NCBI GenBank assembly: GCA_964227855.1
Contig: CAXQWT010000116.1
Coordinates: 1-55,010 of the forward strand
DNA length: 55,010 bases
DNA from: Salipiger bermudensis
GTDB lineage: Archaea; Thermoplasmatota; Poseidoniia; Poseidoniales; Poseidoniaceae
Reading direction: 5' to 3'
The notes under the pieces were generated by a model. It was given only the letters and a program-made list of their open reading frames with translations. It was not told where the DNA came from and ran no database searches. The translations under genes were made by a program, and so were the position numbers. This document shows positions 24,734-33,851 of the stretch, one piece after another; position 1 is the stretch's first letter, and each line of letters starts with the position of its first letter.

Positions 24734-27700
24734 TCAATTTGCAGATCGCAATGCCTCAGAAGGTTCGATTTTGGATGCCGCTCGAACGGGAGACAAGGTG
24801 GCAAGGTAGACCAAGAAAGCACCTCCAATCAATACCCAAAATACTGTACCCCACGGGAGAACAAGCGACGCACCCTCCTCTTCCCATATTGCTGAGTGAA
24901 GCCCTATGTGGAACATTAAGGCAACAATGACCCCATTCAAGATACCGAGTAAGGATACCCACCCAATCTCGATGAGATGAACGCGCATCACCATGCCCTT
25001 GGTGAACCCAAGCGCACGCAGCATTCCAATGTGCTTTCTGCGTTCGGAAACCGAACGGTACGTGACAACACCGATTCCTGCAATACCAATAATCAATCCA
25101 ATGGCAAGATAGCCCTCAAAGAGTGCAAGAATCGAGAGAACCAGCGATTGAATCAAAGCAACATCTTCTGCGATCAACGACACATCGACACCTTGTTTTT
25201 CCAAATCCAAACGGAGATCTTCAGCAAGTTCGGTTGCAGCCTCGCGTTCAGAAGCAGATTTCCCAGCAGCTGAAAAATAACGGACTTCACTCGAATCAAA
25301 CGACTCCGAGGCAACACTTTCCTCGGAGACTGATACATAGACTCGAGTCAACGAACCGTCGTATTGCTCTGTAACGGATTCCGAGGGCATCCAAACTCCA
25401 GCTGAAAAAAGATACGAGGATTGCTCGAGAATTCCACCAACCATCATCTCTCGCCGATGGCTTGGTTGTTGAGCATCAATGATTGTGATGTTCTCGCCAA
25501 CCTTGACAGAAAACACGCCCACGCTGGTTCCATCAAGCGAAGATTCCAGCCCGAACGATGCGTCGACGAAGACAACATCACCCCTGGCATGCATGGTAGA
25601 CCATGCTTCTTCTGAAGAACCCCCAAGCGAAGAGTCCCAGAGATGGAGTGGAAGGCCCCCGTGCTCAGCAAAGCCATCATCAACACCCCGGAGGATGTAC
25701 GGCGAACGTTCTTGTTCTTGATTTTCAATGAAGGCTTGAGCACGATACACACGCCCTACAGCATCGATGTTTTCCACGTTTGTGTTCTCAAGACCCCATT
25801 CATCCAATGGACCCTCGAGCTGCAGGGGCCGGGATCTGGATGCGGCAAGCATCAATTCAAATTCGCCCTCGGATTCTTCAACAAATGAACTTGAATAGTT
25901 CTCGAATTGGAGAGTGTACCCGCTCAGTACAATCACTGAAAACACCGTAATGGAGAACATGCCCATCACCACGGCTGTCCGGAGTGGCTTGTGCAATGGA
26001 TACGAGAGCGCAACAGGAACAACCGGCCCACTTCGGAATGAGGCGAGACGAAGAAAACTCCGAATCATGAGAGGGGCTAATGAAGAAAGGACGAGTACGC
26101 CTGCAAAAACTTGAACCAAGCCGATGACAATAAAGGAAAACTCGTTCGGTATCAAATCCGCACGAACAGGATCAAGTGAAGCAGGTAATGCAGTCCAAAA
26201 GAGAAGAAAGACGCCTATGAAACCGATGGTTCTCCGAGGTGCTTCACGGAAGGTCGGAAGCGAACCATCAGGTCTTCGCTTTGCTCGAAGTACGGGAATG
26301 ATCCAAAATAAAATCGGGCAAAGGAACAGCACAAGCGAGCACCCGAGGACAATCCATACGCTGTGTGCGAATGGGCCACTACCCAGGACAAACAGGCCAG
26401 AGGCGAGAAGCGTCATGGCAAATGCCCCGATAACGAAAAGATACAGGCCCCAAGGGACATGTTTTGGAACCCTTTGAGGGACGTTCTTCAGAGCATGAAC
26501 AATGATCATTCTTGAAGACCAAAGGGCAGAACCGTACAACGTTACCATTGCAATATGGAATCCCCAAAACCATCCAGAAAGAATCGATGAAGCATCGACA
26601 TGGAATGAAAAAACATCAGCCCCAGCAGAAGCGAATACACTTGAGAAGCCGATTCCAATCATCCATGCGAGACCAACTCCAAGGAGCGAGCCTATCGAGC
26701 AGCCGATAAGAGCTGCAATGGAGCCTTCGATCATTGCCACGTACCTCAGGTCCGAACGCGTCATCCCAAGTGCACGAACCGTGGCATACTCTTTTTGTCG
26801 CACATCGACAAGCATGGTGATGATGGTGATCACAAGCAGGATACCGGCTGCAATCGTAAATGAACCAAAGACAAGGAACATTGCAGAGAGCACTCCAGAC
26901 GAAGCATCGGCTTGCTCGAGAGCGTCCAATTTAACAGCCTGAACAGAAAGAAACAATTCATCAACGCCCACCAAGGAATCAAGATGATTTTCCAGAACGA
27001 TGAAATTATCCGAGGAGATGTTGCTTAGGACCAGCATTGAGCGTTCGTGTTCATCAGCAGCAGCCAAAAACTCTGCATCAGTCATGTTGATCAATCCGAG
27101 AATGACTGGGTCCAAATCAGAGAGCGATGACAATCGCTCATCATCAACAAACGAACCATTGATGGTCAAGTTGAGCGACTCATCAGAACCAAACGCATAC
27201 TGAAACAATCCCGAGACCGTCATGTTCCCTTGCTCAATATTTGAAAGGGGTTGGAGGCGCTCACCGATGCGAACTTCTCCTTGCCCAACAAAGAGGTTTG
27301 ATGCATCTCCACCAAGTGCGAAAAACATCTGTGGGAGGGTCCCGAAACCACCAGCATCCGAAAGAATAGGCAGACGCATCGTGTGTATTGTACCATCATC
27401 CATTGAACGAAGAACCATTCCCGAACCCTCAATGCACCAAGCGTGTGTGGCATTCGCATCAACTCCAGGACCGGAACAAATCGCAGGATATTGAGACGAA
27501 GCAGAAGGCCATTCGACTGCCCCGATTTCGATGAATGGTTCTTGCAGATTCGTTAGCGATTGCTTGTAAAACGATTCACTAAGAAGCCCTTCAACTCGGA
27601 GATAGAGGTTGGATTCATCCTTTTCCAGTTCCCAATCCAAAACAGTTGATGGAAGGTCAAGTTCAAGCTGGAATTCATTGACCTGCTCATCGCTGAGGTG

Positions 27701-29242
27701 ACCTTGCCAAACGGTTGGTACCGAACCTCCTTCAATCGCAAACCAACTGTCCGATTCAGTAACAACTGCAACGATGTCTTTGTCTTCAAGGAGGAACATC
27801 GTCTCGTCATCGTCCGACGTATTACCGGCGACCAAACCGCCATCATAGGCTGCGAAACCAAATTTTCCATCAATGGAGACATCATTGATGATTTTTCCAC
27901 TTGGCACACGCCAGACCCAGGAGGTATTGTTGGTCTCGAAACCAAATCCTGCAGGACCCCAGTGCCATAATGTTCCATCTTCAATGAGGACGCCGTTCAA
28001 GTCACCATCGGCGAGTGTGAGGAGATTGGATGCTCCAGAATCGAGTCCAACGAGTGGAACCTGTAACACTTCCATCACCGCTGCATTTGGTGCCAGAGAG
28101 GTCCTGTTTTCGACTAAACTCTCAACGATTCGTGGCGAAAGTCGACCCAACCCATTGGTCGATGCAATGGTGACTGCATTGCTTTCAGTCAAGAGTTGCA
28201 AACCGGATTCATCCGCACCGATGCTTTGGTTGAGCGTTTCGGTGAGCGCATCCATGATCGGTTCGACGGCAGAACGCTTCTCGTCCACGCCATCCAGTGA
28301 AATTCGAATTGAAGTCACGTTCCCTTCAGACTGCTGCCATTCCTGAGCGGTAAGCAGATCGGTGAACATGGCTGGCGTAGTCGTTCCTGCAAGTTGGCCT
28401 TGGCCTGCCATGGTGACCACTTGATGGATTGAAAAATTCTCTTCAATCCTCTCAATTCCATTTTGGTTACGAACATACCAACCCAACTGAATCTCATCTC
28501 CTGCCTTCACCTCCAGTTCATCAGCGAACACTTGATTGACCACAACCTGAGGAGTTGAAGAGAAACGATTTATCTCCTCCAATTCAAACCACGTCAAACC
28601 ATTCTCTTTCGAACCGATACGGACGTTATTGTGATGTTCAAGAGCGAACCATGCTACACTAGGATCAGCACGATCATCTGGTGTAACGACCGATGCAGAG
28701 AGTACTCTTCCGGCTTGTACGTATTCCACGCCATCCAATTCCGCCTCACGAATCTCCGTAACAATGGATTGAGGGATTTCAGTCACTTGACCTGCAGTTG
28801 TATCAAAACCAGAAATCAAAACATCGGTTTCACCCCATGCGGCATCGACTTCTTCACGGACGGTTTGATCCAAAGAATCCCCAACAATCAACGATGACGA
28901 GATAATGGCAGAACCGATCATCAAGCCTGCCATAAGGAGTGCTGCTTGCCGTTTCTTCCGAATGATTTGTTGCCACGCCAATCGAAAAGCAAGCAGTCGC
29001 CGAGGTGAAACAATGGCTTGAATTCCAAACAAACTCACCATCCCGAACATCAGACCGCCAACGAATCCATTCATCGGTGTGAATCCTAGCCAAATGAGAA
29101 GGAAGTACGATAGTAGTCCGTCGACAATTGGAGTGAGCAGAATCAGGAACTGGACTCCAAGGGAGCATTCTTTTCTCAACCCATAAACTGCCACGAACGC
29201 ACCTGCAGAAAGAAGGAGCGCAAGAAGCAAGAGAAGCAGCAC
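24734..29242 (-). CDS. ABC transporter permease, duplicated FtsX/MacB-type, 1,502 aa with very large extracytoplasmic domains
   Basis: There are two FtsX-type modules (VDVRQKEYATVRALGMTRSDLRYVAMIEGS... and YRSVSERRKHIGMLRALGFTKGMVMRVHLIE...). Each is preceded by a soluble domain of ~660 aa (nt ~26894-28882) or ~250 aa (nt ~25160-25905). About three extra N-terminal TM helices are present. The GTG start at 29242 is preceded by GAGGAGGAG, which overlaps the ATPase stop. Confidence 0.85.
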   Translation of the reverse strand: MLLLLLLALLLSAGAFVAVYGLRKECSLGVQFLILLTPIVDGLLSYFLLIWLGFTPMNGFVGGLMFGMVSLFGIQAIVSPRRLLAFRLAWQQIIRKKRQAALLMAGLMIGSAIISSSLIVGDSLDQTVREEVDAAWGETDVLISGFDTTAGQVTEIPQSIVTEIREAELDGVEYVQAGRVLSASVVTPDDRADPSVAWFALEHHNNVRIGSKENGLTWFELEEINRFSSTPQVVVNQVFADELEVKAGDEIQLGWYVRNQNGIERIEENFSIHQVVTMAGQGQLAGTTTPAMFTDLLTAQEWQQSEGNVTSIRISLDGVDEKRSAVEPIMDALTETLNQSIGADESGLQLLTESNAVTIASTNGLGRLSPRIVESLVENRTSLAPNAAVMEVLQVPLVGLDSGASNLLTLADGDLNGVLIEDGTLWHWGPAGFGFETNNTSWVWRVPSGKIINDVSIDGKFGFAAYDGGLVAGNTSDDDETMFLLEDKDIVAVVTESDSWFAIEGGSVPTVWQGHLSDEQVNEFQLELDLPSTVLDWELEKDESNLYLRVEGLLSESFYKQSLTNLQEPFIEIGAVEWPSASSQYPAICSGPGVDANATHAWCIEGSGMVLRSMDDGTIHTMRLPILSDAGGFGTLPQMFFALGGDASNLFVGQGEVRIGERLQPLSNIEQGNMTVSGLFQYAFGSDESLNLTINGSFVDDERLSSLSDLDPVILGLINMTDAEFLAAADEHERSMLVLSNISSDNFIVLENHLDSLVGVDELFLSVQAVKLDALEQADASSGVLSAMFLVFGSFTIAAGILLVITIITMLVDVRQKEYATVRALGMTRSDLRYVAMIEGSIAALIGCSIGSLLGVGLAWMIGIGFSSVFASAGADVFSFHVDASSILSGWFWGFHIAMVTLYGSALWSSRMIIVHALKNVPQRVPKHVPWGLYLFVIGAFAMTLLASGLFVLGSGPFAHSVWIVLGCSLVLFLCPILFWIIPVLRAKRRPDGSLPTFREAPRRTIGFIGVFLLFWTALPASLDPVRADLIPNEFSFIVIGLVQVFAGVLVLSSLAPLMIRSFLRLASFRSGPVVPVALSYPLHKPLRTAVVMGMFSITVFSVIVLSGYTLQFENYSSSFVEESEGEFELMLAASRSRPLQLEGPLDEWGLENTNVENIDAVGRVYRAQAFIENQEQERSPYILRGVDDGFAEHGGLPLHLWDSSLGGSSEEAWSTMHARGDVVFVDASFGLESSLDGTSVGVFSVKVGENITIIDAQQPSHRREMMVGGILEQSSYLFSAGVWMPSESVTEQYDGSLTRVYVSVSEESVASESFDSSEVRYFSAAGKSASEREAATELAEDLRLDLEKQGVDVSLIAEDVALIQSLVLSILALFEGYLAIGLIIGIAGIGVVTYRSVSERRKHIGMLRALGFTKGMVMRVHLIEIGWVSLLGILNGVIVALMFHIGLHSAIWEEEGASLVLPWGTVFWVLIGGAFLVYLATLSPVRAASKIEPSEALRSAN

Positions 29243-29244
29243 GT

Positions 29245-29937
29245 CTACTCCTCCTCGAGAGATTCCTCAAGAAAACGACCATCCGTCATTCGGCGGATGG
29301 AGTCGCACTGTTGTGCAATTGACTCATCGTGTGTGACGATGAGGAATGTCGTGTTTCCAACACGGCACAGCGTCTGAAGAAGCTGAATTATTGAAGCCGA
29401 CGTTTCAGCATCCAAGTTTCCTGTTGGCTCATCGCATAGAACGATGGTTGGACGATGGACTACTGCACGCGCAATGGCAACACGCTGCTGTTGTCCACCC
29501 GAGAGTTCAGCAGGACGATGCTCTAAACGCTCACCCAGTCCAACCGCAGTAAGTGCCTTTGTTGCTTCTTGGCGCGCTTCATTTGCCGGTTTGCCTTGAA
29601 TGAGCAACGGCAACTCGACGTTTTCCAGAGCAGTCATAACAGGAAGAAGGTTGAATTCCTGGAAGATAAATCCCATGTTCTTTCCACGCACTCGTGTCCG
29701 ATCATCATCACTTGATCCGTACAAGTTCTCACCGTTGATCATAACCGTGCCTGAGTTGGGCTCGTCGATTCCTGATAAGACGTTCAGGAGAGTGGTTTTT
29801 CCACAGCCGGAAGGACCCATGATCGCCACCATTGAACCTTGCTTGACAGAAAGTGAAACATCCTGAACGGCTTGTATCACGGACTCGCCGGACTCGTACA
29901 ATTTCCATAACCCTTCAGCACGGAGTGCGAACGCCAT
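29245..29937 (-). CDS. ABC transporter ATP-binding protein, MacB/LolD-type
   Basis: Walker A ([16 protein letters not shown]), the [11 protein letters not shown]-loop region, the signature [14 protein letters not shown] and Walker B ([12 protein letters not shown]) are all present. Only a 2-nt gap separates it from the permease gene. Confidence 0.93.
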   Translation of the reverse strand: MAFALRAEGLWKLYESGESVIQAVQDVSLSVKQGSMVAIMGPSGCGKTTLLNVLSGIDEPNSGTVMINGENLYGSSDDDRTRVRGKNMGFIFQEFNLLPVMTALENVELPLLIQGKPANEARQEATKALTAVGLGERLEHRPAELSGGQQQRVAIARAVVHRPTIVLCDEPTGNLDAETSASIIQLLQTLCRVGNTTFLIVTHDESIAQQCDSIRRMTDGRFLEESLEEE

Positions 29938-29981
29938 GGAGAACCATACGGCTACGTATTGATAAACTGCCGCATCAACCT

Positions 29982-30230
29982 ATGTCCATGTCAGCAGGAT
30001 ATGTGCGCATCCTTGCTTTCGGACCAATTGCCGAGGCGATAGGTTCTCGCACATCCAAGGTCGAATGGCGAGAAAATCTCAGCATTGAGGACATCGTGCT
30101 TGAACTGGAAATGGGGCACTGGCTTGGACAAGGTCTGGCTGTAGCTTTGAATGGAGAACGTTGTCCTATCGACGTCCATTGTCAACGAGGTGACGAAGTT
30201 GCTCTTTTGCCACCTGTATCCGGTGGTTGA
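29982..30230 (+). CDS. MoaD/ThiS-family ubiquitin-like small protein (SAMP-like) ending in Gly-Gly
   Basis: The 82-aa product MSMSAGYVRILAFGPIAEAIG...GDEVALLPPVSGG has the beta-grasp MoaD pattern and a C-terminal GG. The longer ORF-track start at 29853 would overlap the divergent ABC ATPase gene, so I rejected it. Confidence 0.75.
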   Translation: MSMSAGYVRILAFGPIAEAIGSRTSKVEWRENLSIEDIVLELEMGHWLGQGLAVALNGERCPIDVHCQRGDEVALLPPVSGG

Positions 30231-30301
30231 AACGGTCCTCTTCACCCTCGACAATGGCAAGTCTTGAAAGCCTCAACCGTTAGGGCCAGTTGGGGAACTG
30301 C

Positions 30302-30604
30302 ATGGCATTCAGTCCGGGACCGCTCGAAATCATCATCCTTCTTGGTATCTTTTTCATCCTCTTTGGTGCAGAACGACTGCCAAAGATGGCGAATGCCCTA
30401 GGGCGTTCCAAAGGTGAGTTCCAAAAAGGGTTGTCTGAAGCAACAACTGCAGCGACAATCACGGACTTAGAAGCAGGTGGGAAAACCCCTGATCAGGTTC
30501 TTATGGATCGTGCAAAGGCCGTTGGAATCGATCCAACAGGCATGGCTGCTGATGAACTTGAAAAGAAGGTCTCAGCCCTCGAATCGTTGAGTGATGAAGA
30601 GTGA
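30302..30604 (+). CDS. tatA: Twin-arginine translocase subunit TatA/E
   Basis: The sequence MAFSPGPLEIIILLGIFFILFGAERLPKMANALGRSKGEFQKG shows the classic TatA TM and amphipathic helix. The ATG at 30302 is preferred over the TTG at 30290. Confidence 0.85.
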   Translation: MAFSPGPLEIIILLGIFFILFGAERLPKMANALGRSKGEFQKGLSEATTAATITDLEAGGKTPDQVLMDRAKAVGIDPTGMAADELEKKVSALESLSDEE

Positions 30605-31093
30605 TTAGGCTCGTTTGAGTTTCATCGGAGAACCGCAACGGTCACAGACCTTTACATCGTCTTTTTTTGAGCGATGTGCTTTCGAAGAGACTTCTTCGGT
30701 TTGACGGCATCCGATGCAACGTAGTATCCAGTTCCATTGCTTTTTTCCGCCGGTAGTCATGACACCTTCAACCTCAATGCCAGCTTCTCTTGCCACGTTT
30801 TTCATACGATAGTCATCCGTGACTAAATTTGTATTGTTGGCGATTGCGATGGCAATAAGATCGATATCAACATCAGAGAGACGAGGTAAGTCTCCGGTCT
30901 TTGCAGCCACTTCAAGCACAACTTGTCGCTCCTCGAGGCTAGCTGTTCGCCAATCCAAATCAAGCGATTCAATTAACATCCAACGTTGTTCATCGACTCG
31001 AGACAACTCCGTTTGCTGAAGAATTGAGACCATTTGACCTTGACATCTCTCAATTGGCCAGTTGAGCAAAGCACTGGTATCGAGAACGGCCAT
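30605..31093 (-). CDS. Nob1-like endonuclease (PIN domain plus C-terminal zinc ribbon)
   Basis: The PIN-type N-terminus is MAVLDTSALLNWP. The C-terminus has CIGCRQ...CDRCGSPMKLK. The start at 31093 avoids an overlap with the divergent DedA gene. Confidence 0.7.
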   Translation of the reverse strand: MAVLDTSALLNWPIERCQGQMVSILQQTELSRVDEQRWMLIESLDLDWRTASLEERQVVLEVAAKTGDLPRLSDVDIDLIAIAIANNTNLVTDDYRMKNVAREAGIEVEGVMTTGGKKQWNWILRCIGCRQTEEVSSKAHRSKKDDVKVCDRCGSPMKLKRA

Positions 31094-31171
31094 GGGCAAA
31101 GGGTGGCGAATGCATGTAAAGAAGACGTCGATAACCCATAGCCTCAAGAAGCCGAATGAGCACCTTGATGC

Positions 31172-31771
31172 ATGATTGGAGAGGAGTTCATTCTGGATTT
31201 CTTCAATCAGTTTGGGCCATTTGCACTGGCCTTGCTCTCCTTCACCGAGGCAATCATTCAACCGATACCACCAGATGTCATGTTTTTGCCGATGGCCTAT
31301 GATGAACGTGGCAGTCCGAGTGTTCTGTTGTGGCTGTGGTTCATTGTTACCTCTGCATCAGTACTCGGAGCAGTCGTTGGGCATGCAATTGGTAGGCGAT
31401 ATGGAACAAAACTTCTCGACCGCTTTGGTAAACCTCATCACCGTGAGCGGCTCGAAGCATTGTTCGAGCGTTATGGAACATGGGGGATGTTCATTGCTGC
31501 AATATCGCCATTACCGTACAAAGTGTTTGGATGGATTGCAGGTGCAAGTGATATGAAACTCCAACCCTTCATCTTTGCAGGGGTCATTGGCAGAGGACTC
31601 CGCTTTGGCTTAGAAGCTGCACTGATTTATTTCTACGGCGATAAAGCAATGGATGCTGCTCAATGGTTGCTCGACCATGAGATATTCATGGCAATTGTAC
31701 TTCTCGCAGGGTTTGGAGCGTTCTTTTGGTGGTTTTATGGAAGAAAAACCATTGATTCAGAGACAGTTTAG
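31172..31771 (+). CDS. DedA/YqaA-family (SNARE-associated) membrane protein
   Basis: The motif LLSFTEAIIQPIPPDVMFLPMA and a multi-TM profile are typical of the YqaA/DedA family. Confidence 0.75.
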   Translation: MIGEEFILDFFNQFGPFALALLSFTEAIIQPIPPDVMFLPMAYDERGSPSVLLWLWFIVTSASVLGAVVGHAIGRRYGTKLLDRFGKPHHRERLEALFERYGTWGMFIAAISPLPYKVFGWIAGASDMKLQPFIFAGVIGRGLRFGLEAALIYFYGDKAMDAAQWLLDHEIFMAIVLLAGFGAFFWWFYGRKTIDSETV

Positions 31772-31782
31772 GTGTTGATACA

Positions 31783-32394
31783 TTGGCCATTGAAACTGAA
31801 GCAATTTTTGGCCTCCTGACAATACTAGCGGTTGGAATTTTTACGCCCGGACCGAACAACATCACTGCGATTTCACATTCTGCCGTCCACGGTGCCCGAA
31901 GCAATGTCTCCTTACTGGTTGGAATGGTCATCGGTTTCGTTATGGTCCATCTCACCATTGGGCTGACCGTTGATCAAATCGATAAAGAATCAATGTTCTT
32001 TTCATTCCTTGAGTGGTTTGGATTACTGTTCTTTGTGTTGCTCGGAGTGGTTATTCTTAACCTCCCTATTGAGCGATTAGCCGTGAATCAAGACATACAA
32101 CGGATTGACTTTCGCCATGGCATTTTGTTGCAATTCATTAACGGCAAGGAATGGGTATTTGTCTCGGTAATCATGATTGAATTCTTGGAAGGGTTTGGAG
32201 GAGGAATGGCTGGAATCCTTCTTATCACATCGATAACAACAACTGCAGGTCTTCTGTCAATGATTTTGTGGACCATGACCGGACACAAACTTATGGACAC
32301 GCTTCGACATGAACGTCGGGGCAAGGTAATGATTCGATGTCTTGCAGGAGCAATTTTCATGTTCGCTGGAATTGGCGTAGTGCAACTATTCTGA
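31783..32394 (+). CDS. LysE/RhtB-family amino-acid exporter
   Basis: The N-terminus (GIFTPGPNNITAISHSAVHGARS) and a ~200-aa six-TM profile fit the family. The TTG start has AGGTG 9 nt upstream. Confidence 0.75.
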   Translation: MAIETEAIFGLLTILAVGIFTPGPNNITAISHSAVHGARSNVSLLVGMVIGFVMVHLTIGLTVDQIDKESMFFSFLEWFGLLFFVLLGVVILNLPIERLAVNQDIQRIDFRHGILLQFINGKEWVFVSVIMIEFLEGFGGGMAGILLITSITTTAGLLSMILWTMTGHKLMDTLRHERRGKVMIRCLAGAIFMFAGIGVVQLF

Positions 32395-33039
32395 ATTCCG
32401 AGATTGTTCGTACCAAGCCTTGAGAATGTTCCCTTCAGCAAGGAGAAGGTGTTCTGCAATGGTCCCTTGTTTCCGGTCCATCTGCAAGGCAATGTCATGT
32501 TGCTTGCATTGACGCGGATGATCATAATAGCCCATGTGAATTGCTGTTTCCAGGACTTGCTTGCGGCGCGGGGACATGTTGGGAGCGGTCAGCCACTCTC
32601 CTTGATATGCTTTGTTCACTGTTAAACTAAATCGTGAACCGATCAGTTGTTTGACATTATTCAAAAAATTGGAAAGTCCATCAGGAGTACCTTGCATCGA
32701 GAGCACCAGTTGTTTCTTTTCAATGAGAATTGGAGCTATGGGCCATGCGTCTTTTCCCATGATGATTAAACGAGCAACTGGGCCACTCATTCGAGCAGAG
32801 AACAAAACTTCACAGCCATCTAAATGGAGCACATCTCTTAACTCCATAGCAGGTATGTGATTGACATCTTCGATGGCTCGGTTTTTCATTAAGGTTCCAC
32901 TAAAGAGCATAACAGGGGCGTCGTTTAAAATTTCTACAATTCGTATGAACGAGAGTTTCTCGAACAAATTCACAACTACTCCCGAAGGCAACTCCATTGC
33001 ATCTTCGTACTGAATGTTGAGTTGCATTTGAGAAAGCAC
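32386..33039 (-). CDS. Transcriptional regulator with C-terminal HTH_10 (bacterio-opsin-activator-type) DNA-binding domain
   Basis: The C-terminus RRKQVLETAIHMGYYDHPRQCKQHDIALQMDRKQGTIAEHLLLAEGNILK matches the archaeal HTH_10 pattern. Confidence 0.7.
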   Translation of the reverse strand: MLSQMQLNIQYEDAMELPSGVVVNLFEKLSFIRIVEILNDAPVMLFSGTLMKNRAIEDVNHIPAMELRDVLHLDGCEVLFSARMSGPVARLIIMGKDAWPIAPILIEKKQLVLSMQGTPDGLSNFLNNVKQLIGSRFSLTVNKAYQGEWLTAPNMSPRRKQVLETAIHMGYYDHPRQCKQHDIALQMDRKQGTIAEHLLLAEGNILKAWYEQSRNSE

Positions 33040-33117
33040 GTGATTACCCCTTTATGATAGGGTGCTGGAGGAAGTATCTATACATGACGTTACTGAAACA
33101 AGAGACGAAGTTCCAGG

Positions 33118-33192
33118 TGCTCGTGCCGGGATTCGAACCCGGGTCAGCGGGATGAAAACCCGCGATGATGGACCTGGCTACACCACACGAGC
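33118..33192 (-). tRNA. tRNA-Glu (anticodon UUC)
   Basis: The reverse complement reads GCTCGTGTGGTGTAGCCAGGTCCATCATCGCGGGTTTTCATCCCGCTGACCCGGGTTCGAATCCCGGCACGAGCA. The acceptor stem is GCTCGTG/CACGAGC and the anticodon stem is GCGGG/CCCGC with loop TTTTCAT. The T-arm is GGTTCGAATCC. It is 75 nt with no intron. Confidence 0.9.
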
Positions 33193-33263
33193 CAATGACC
33201 ACCCGTGTTACCTCTTGTTCATAACCGTTGGCCATCCAAATCTTAGGCAAGTGGTCTGTTTTG

Positions 33264-33764
33264 TTATTGCAAAACTCGACTTACGAGATCGTCCATCGTT
33301 TCCTTAGAGAAGGATTTGGATTTGTTCAGGTTCATTGTCCGTCCGATGACATTGCTTCCGAGGAATGAAAATTGATGTCGCATAGCCATGAGGCAATGTG
33401 AGCCTCCTCCTCCACTGTGAGATGCGAGCAAGACCGTTCGGTTGTTGAAGAGGCGTCGAAAGTCGTCTGACTGTACGGAGAGCCAAGCGATGGTGTTGTT
33501 GAGTGCTGGCGGCATAACACCGTTGTATTCAGGTGCACAAACGACTAACGCCTCCGAATTGAGAATAAGGTTGGAGAGCTCTGACGTGTCGGGTGCCTTC
33601 TCAGAATCACCATCTAATGCAGGAATGTACACAGGCCATTGAAGTGTGGTTAAATCAACAATCTTGGCATTCATGCCTTCCTTCTCAAAGGATTCACAAA
33701 AGAGATGTGCAAGTTGAAGGTTCTTTCCGGAGGAGGCTGCAAGAACCAATACATACGAATCCAT
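33264..33764 (-). CDS. NAD(P)H-dependent FMN reductase / flavodoxin-like fold oxidoreductase
   Basis: The motif VVCAPEYNGVMPPALNNTIAWLS and the ~165-aa length are typical of the FMN_red family. Confidence 0.75.
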   Translation of the reverse strand: MDSYVLVLAASSGKNLQLAHLFCESFEKEGMNAKIVDLTTLQWPVYIPALDGDSEKAPDTSELSNLILNSEALVVCAPEYNGVMPPALNNTIAWLSVQSDDFRRLFNNRTVLLASHSGGGGSHCLMAMRHQFSFLGSNVIGRTMNLNKSKSFSKETMDDLVSRVLQ

Positions 33765-33851
33765 GTTAATGGTCTTGCCCTATTCTATTTCAACAGTTGG
33801 TTTCAATGAAAATACCATGATTTGAAATACGTCCCGTGCTTGGAACAGAAC

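Noticed and set aside
24430-24930. A plus-strand 166-aa ORF spanning the permease/surface-protein intergenic region.
   Set aside because: It is antisense to the ends of two supported genes and crosses their promoter/SD region. The translation is not protein-like.
29853-29981. A 43-codon N-terminal extension of the MoaD-like ORF.
   Set aside because: It overlaps the 5' end of the divergent ABC ATPase gene. It encodes Arg/Thr-rich non-protein-like sequence, and the MoaD fold begins at the ATG at 29982.
31094-31261. A 56-codon N-terminal extension of the Nob1-like ORF.
   Set aside because: It overlaps the divergent DedA gene start. The PIN domain begins with the typical MAVLDTSAL at 31093.
4210-33192. 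The idea that tRNA-Val and tRNA-Glu bracket a 29-kb integrated genomic island carrying the surface-protein/ABC locus.
   Set aside because: I found no integrase, transposase or direct repeat of either tRNA 3' end. The interval also contains core genes (PolD DP1, tatA, Nob1-like). The composition looks uniform by eye apart from the intergenic spacers.
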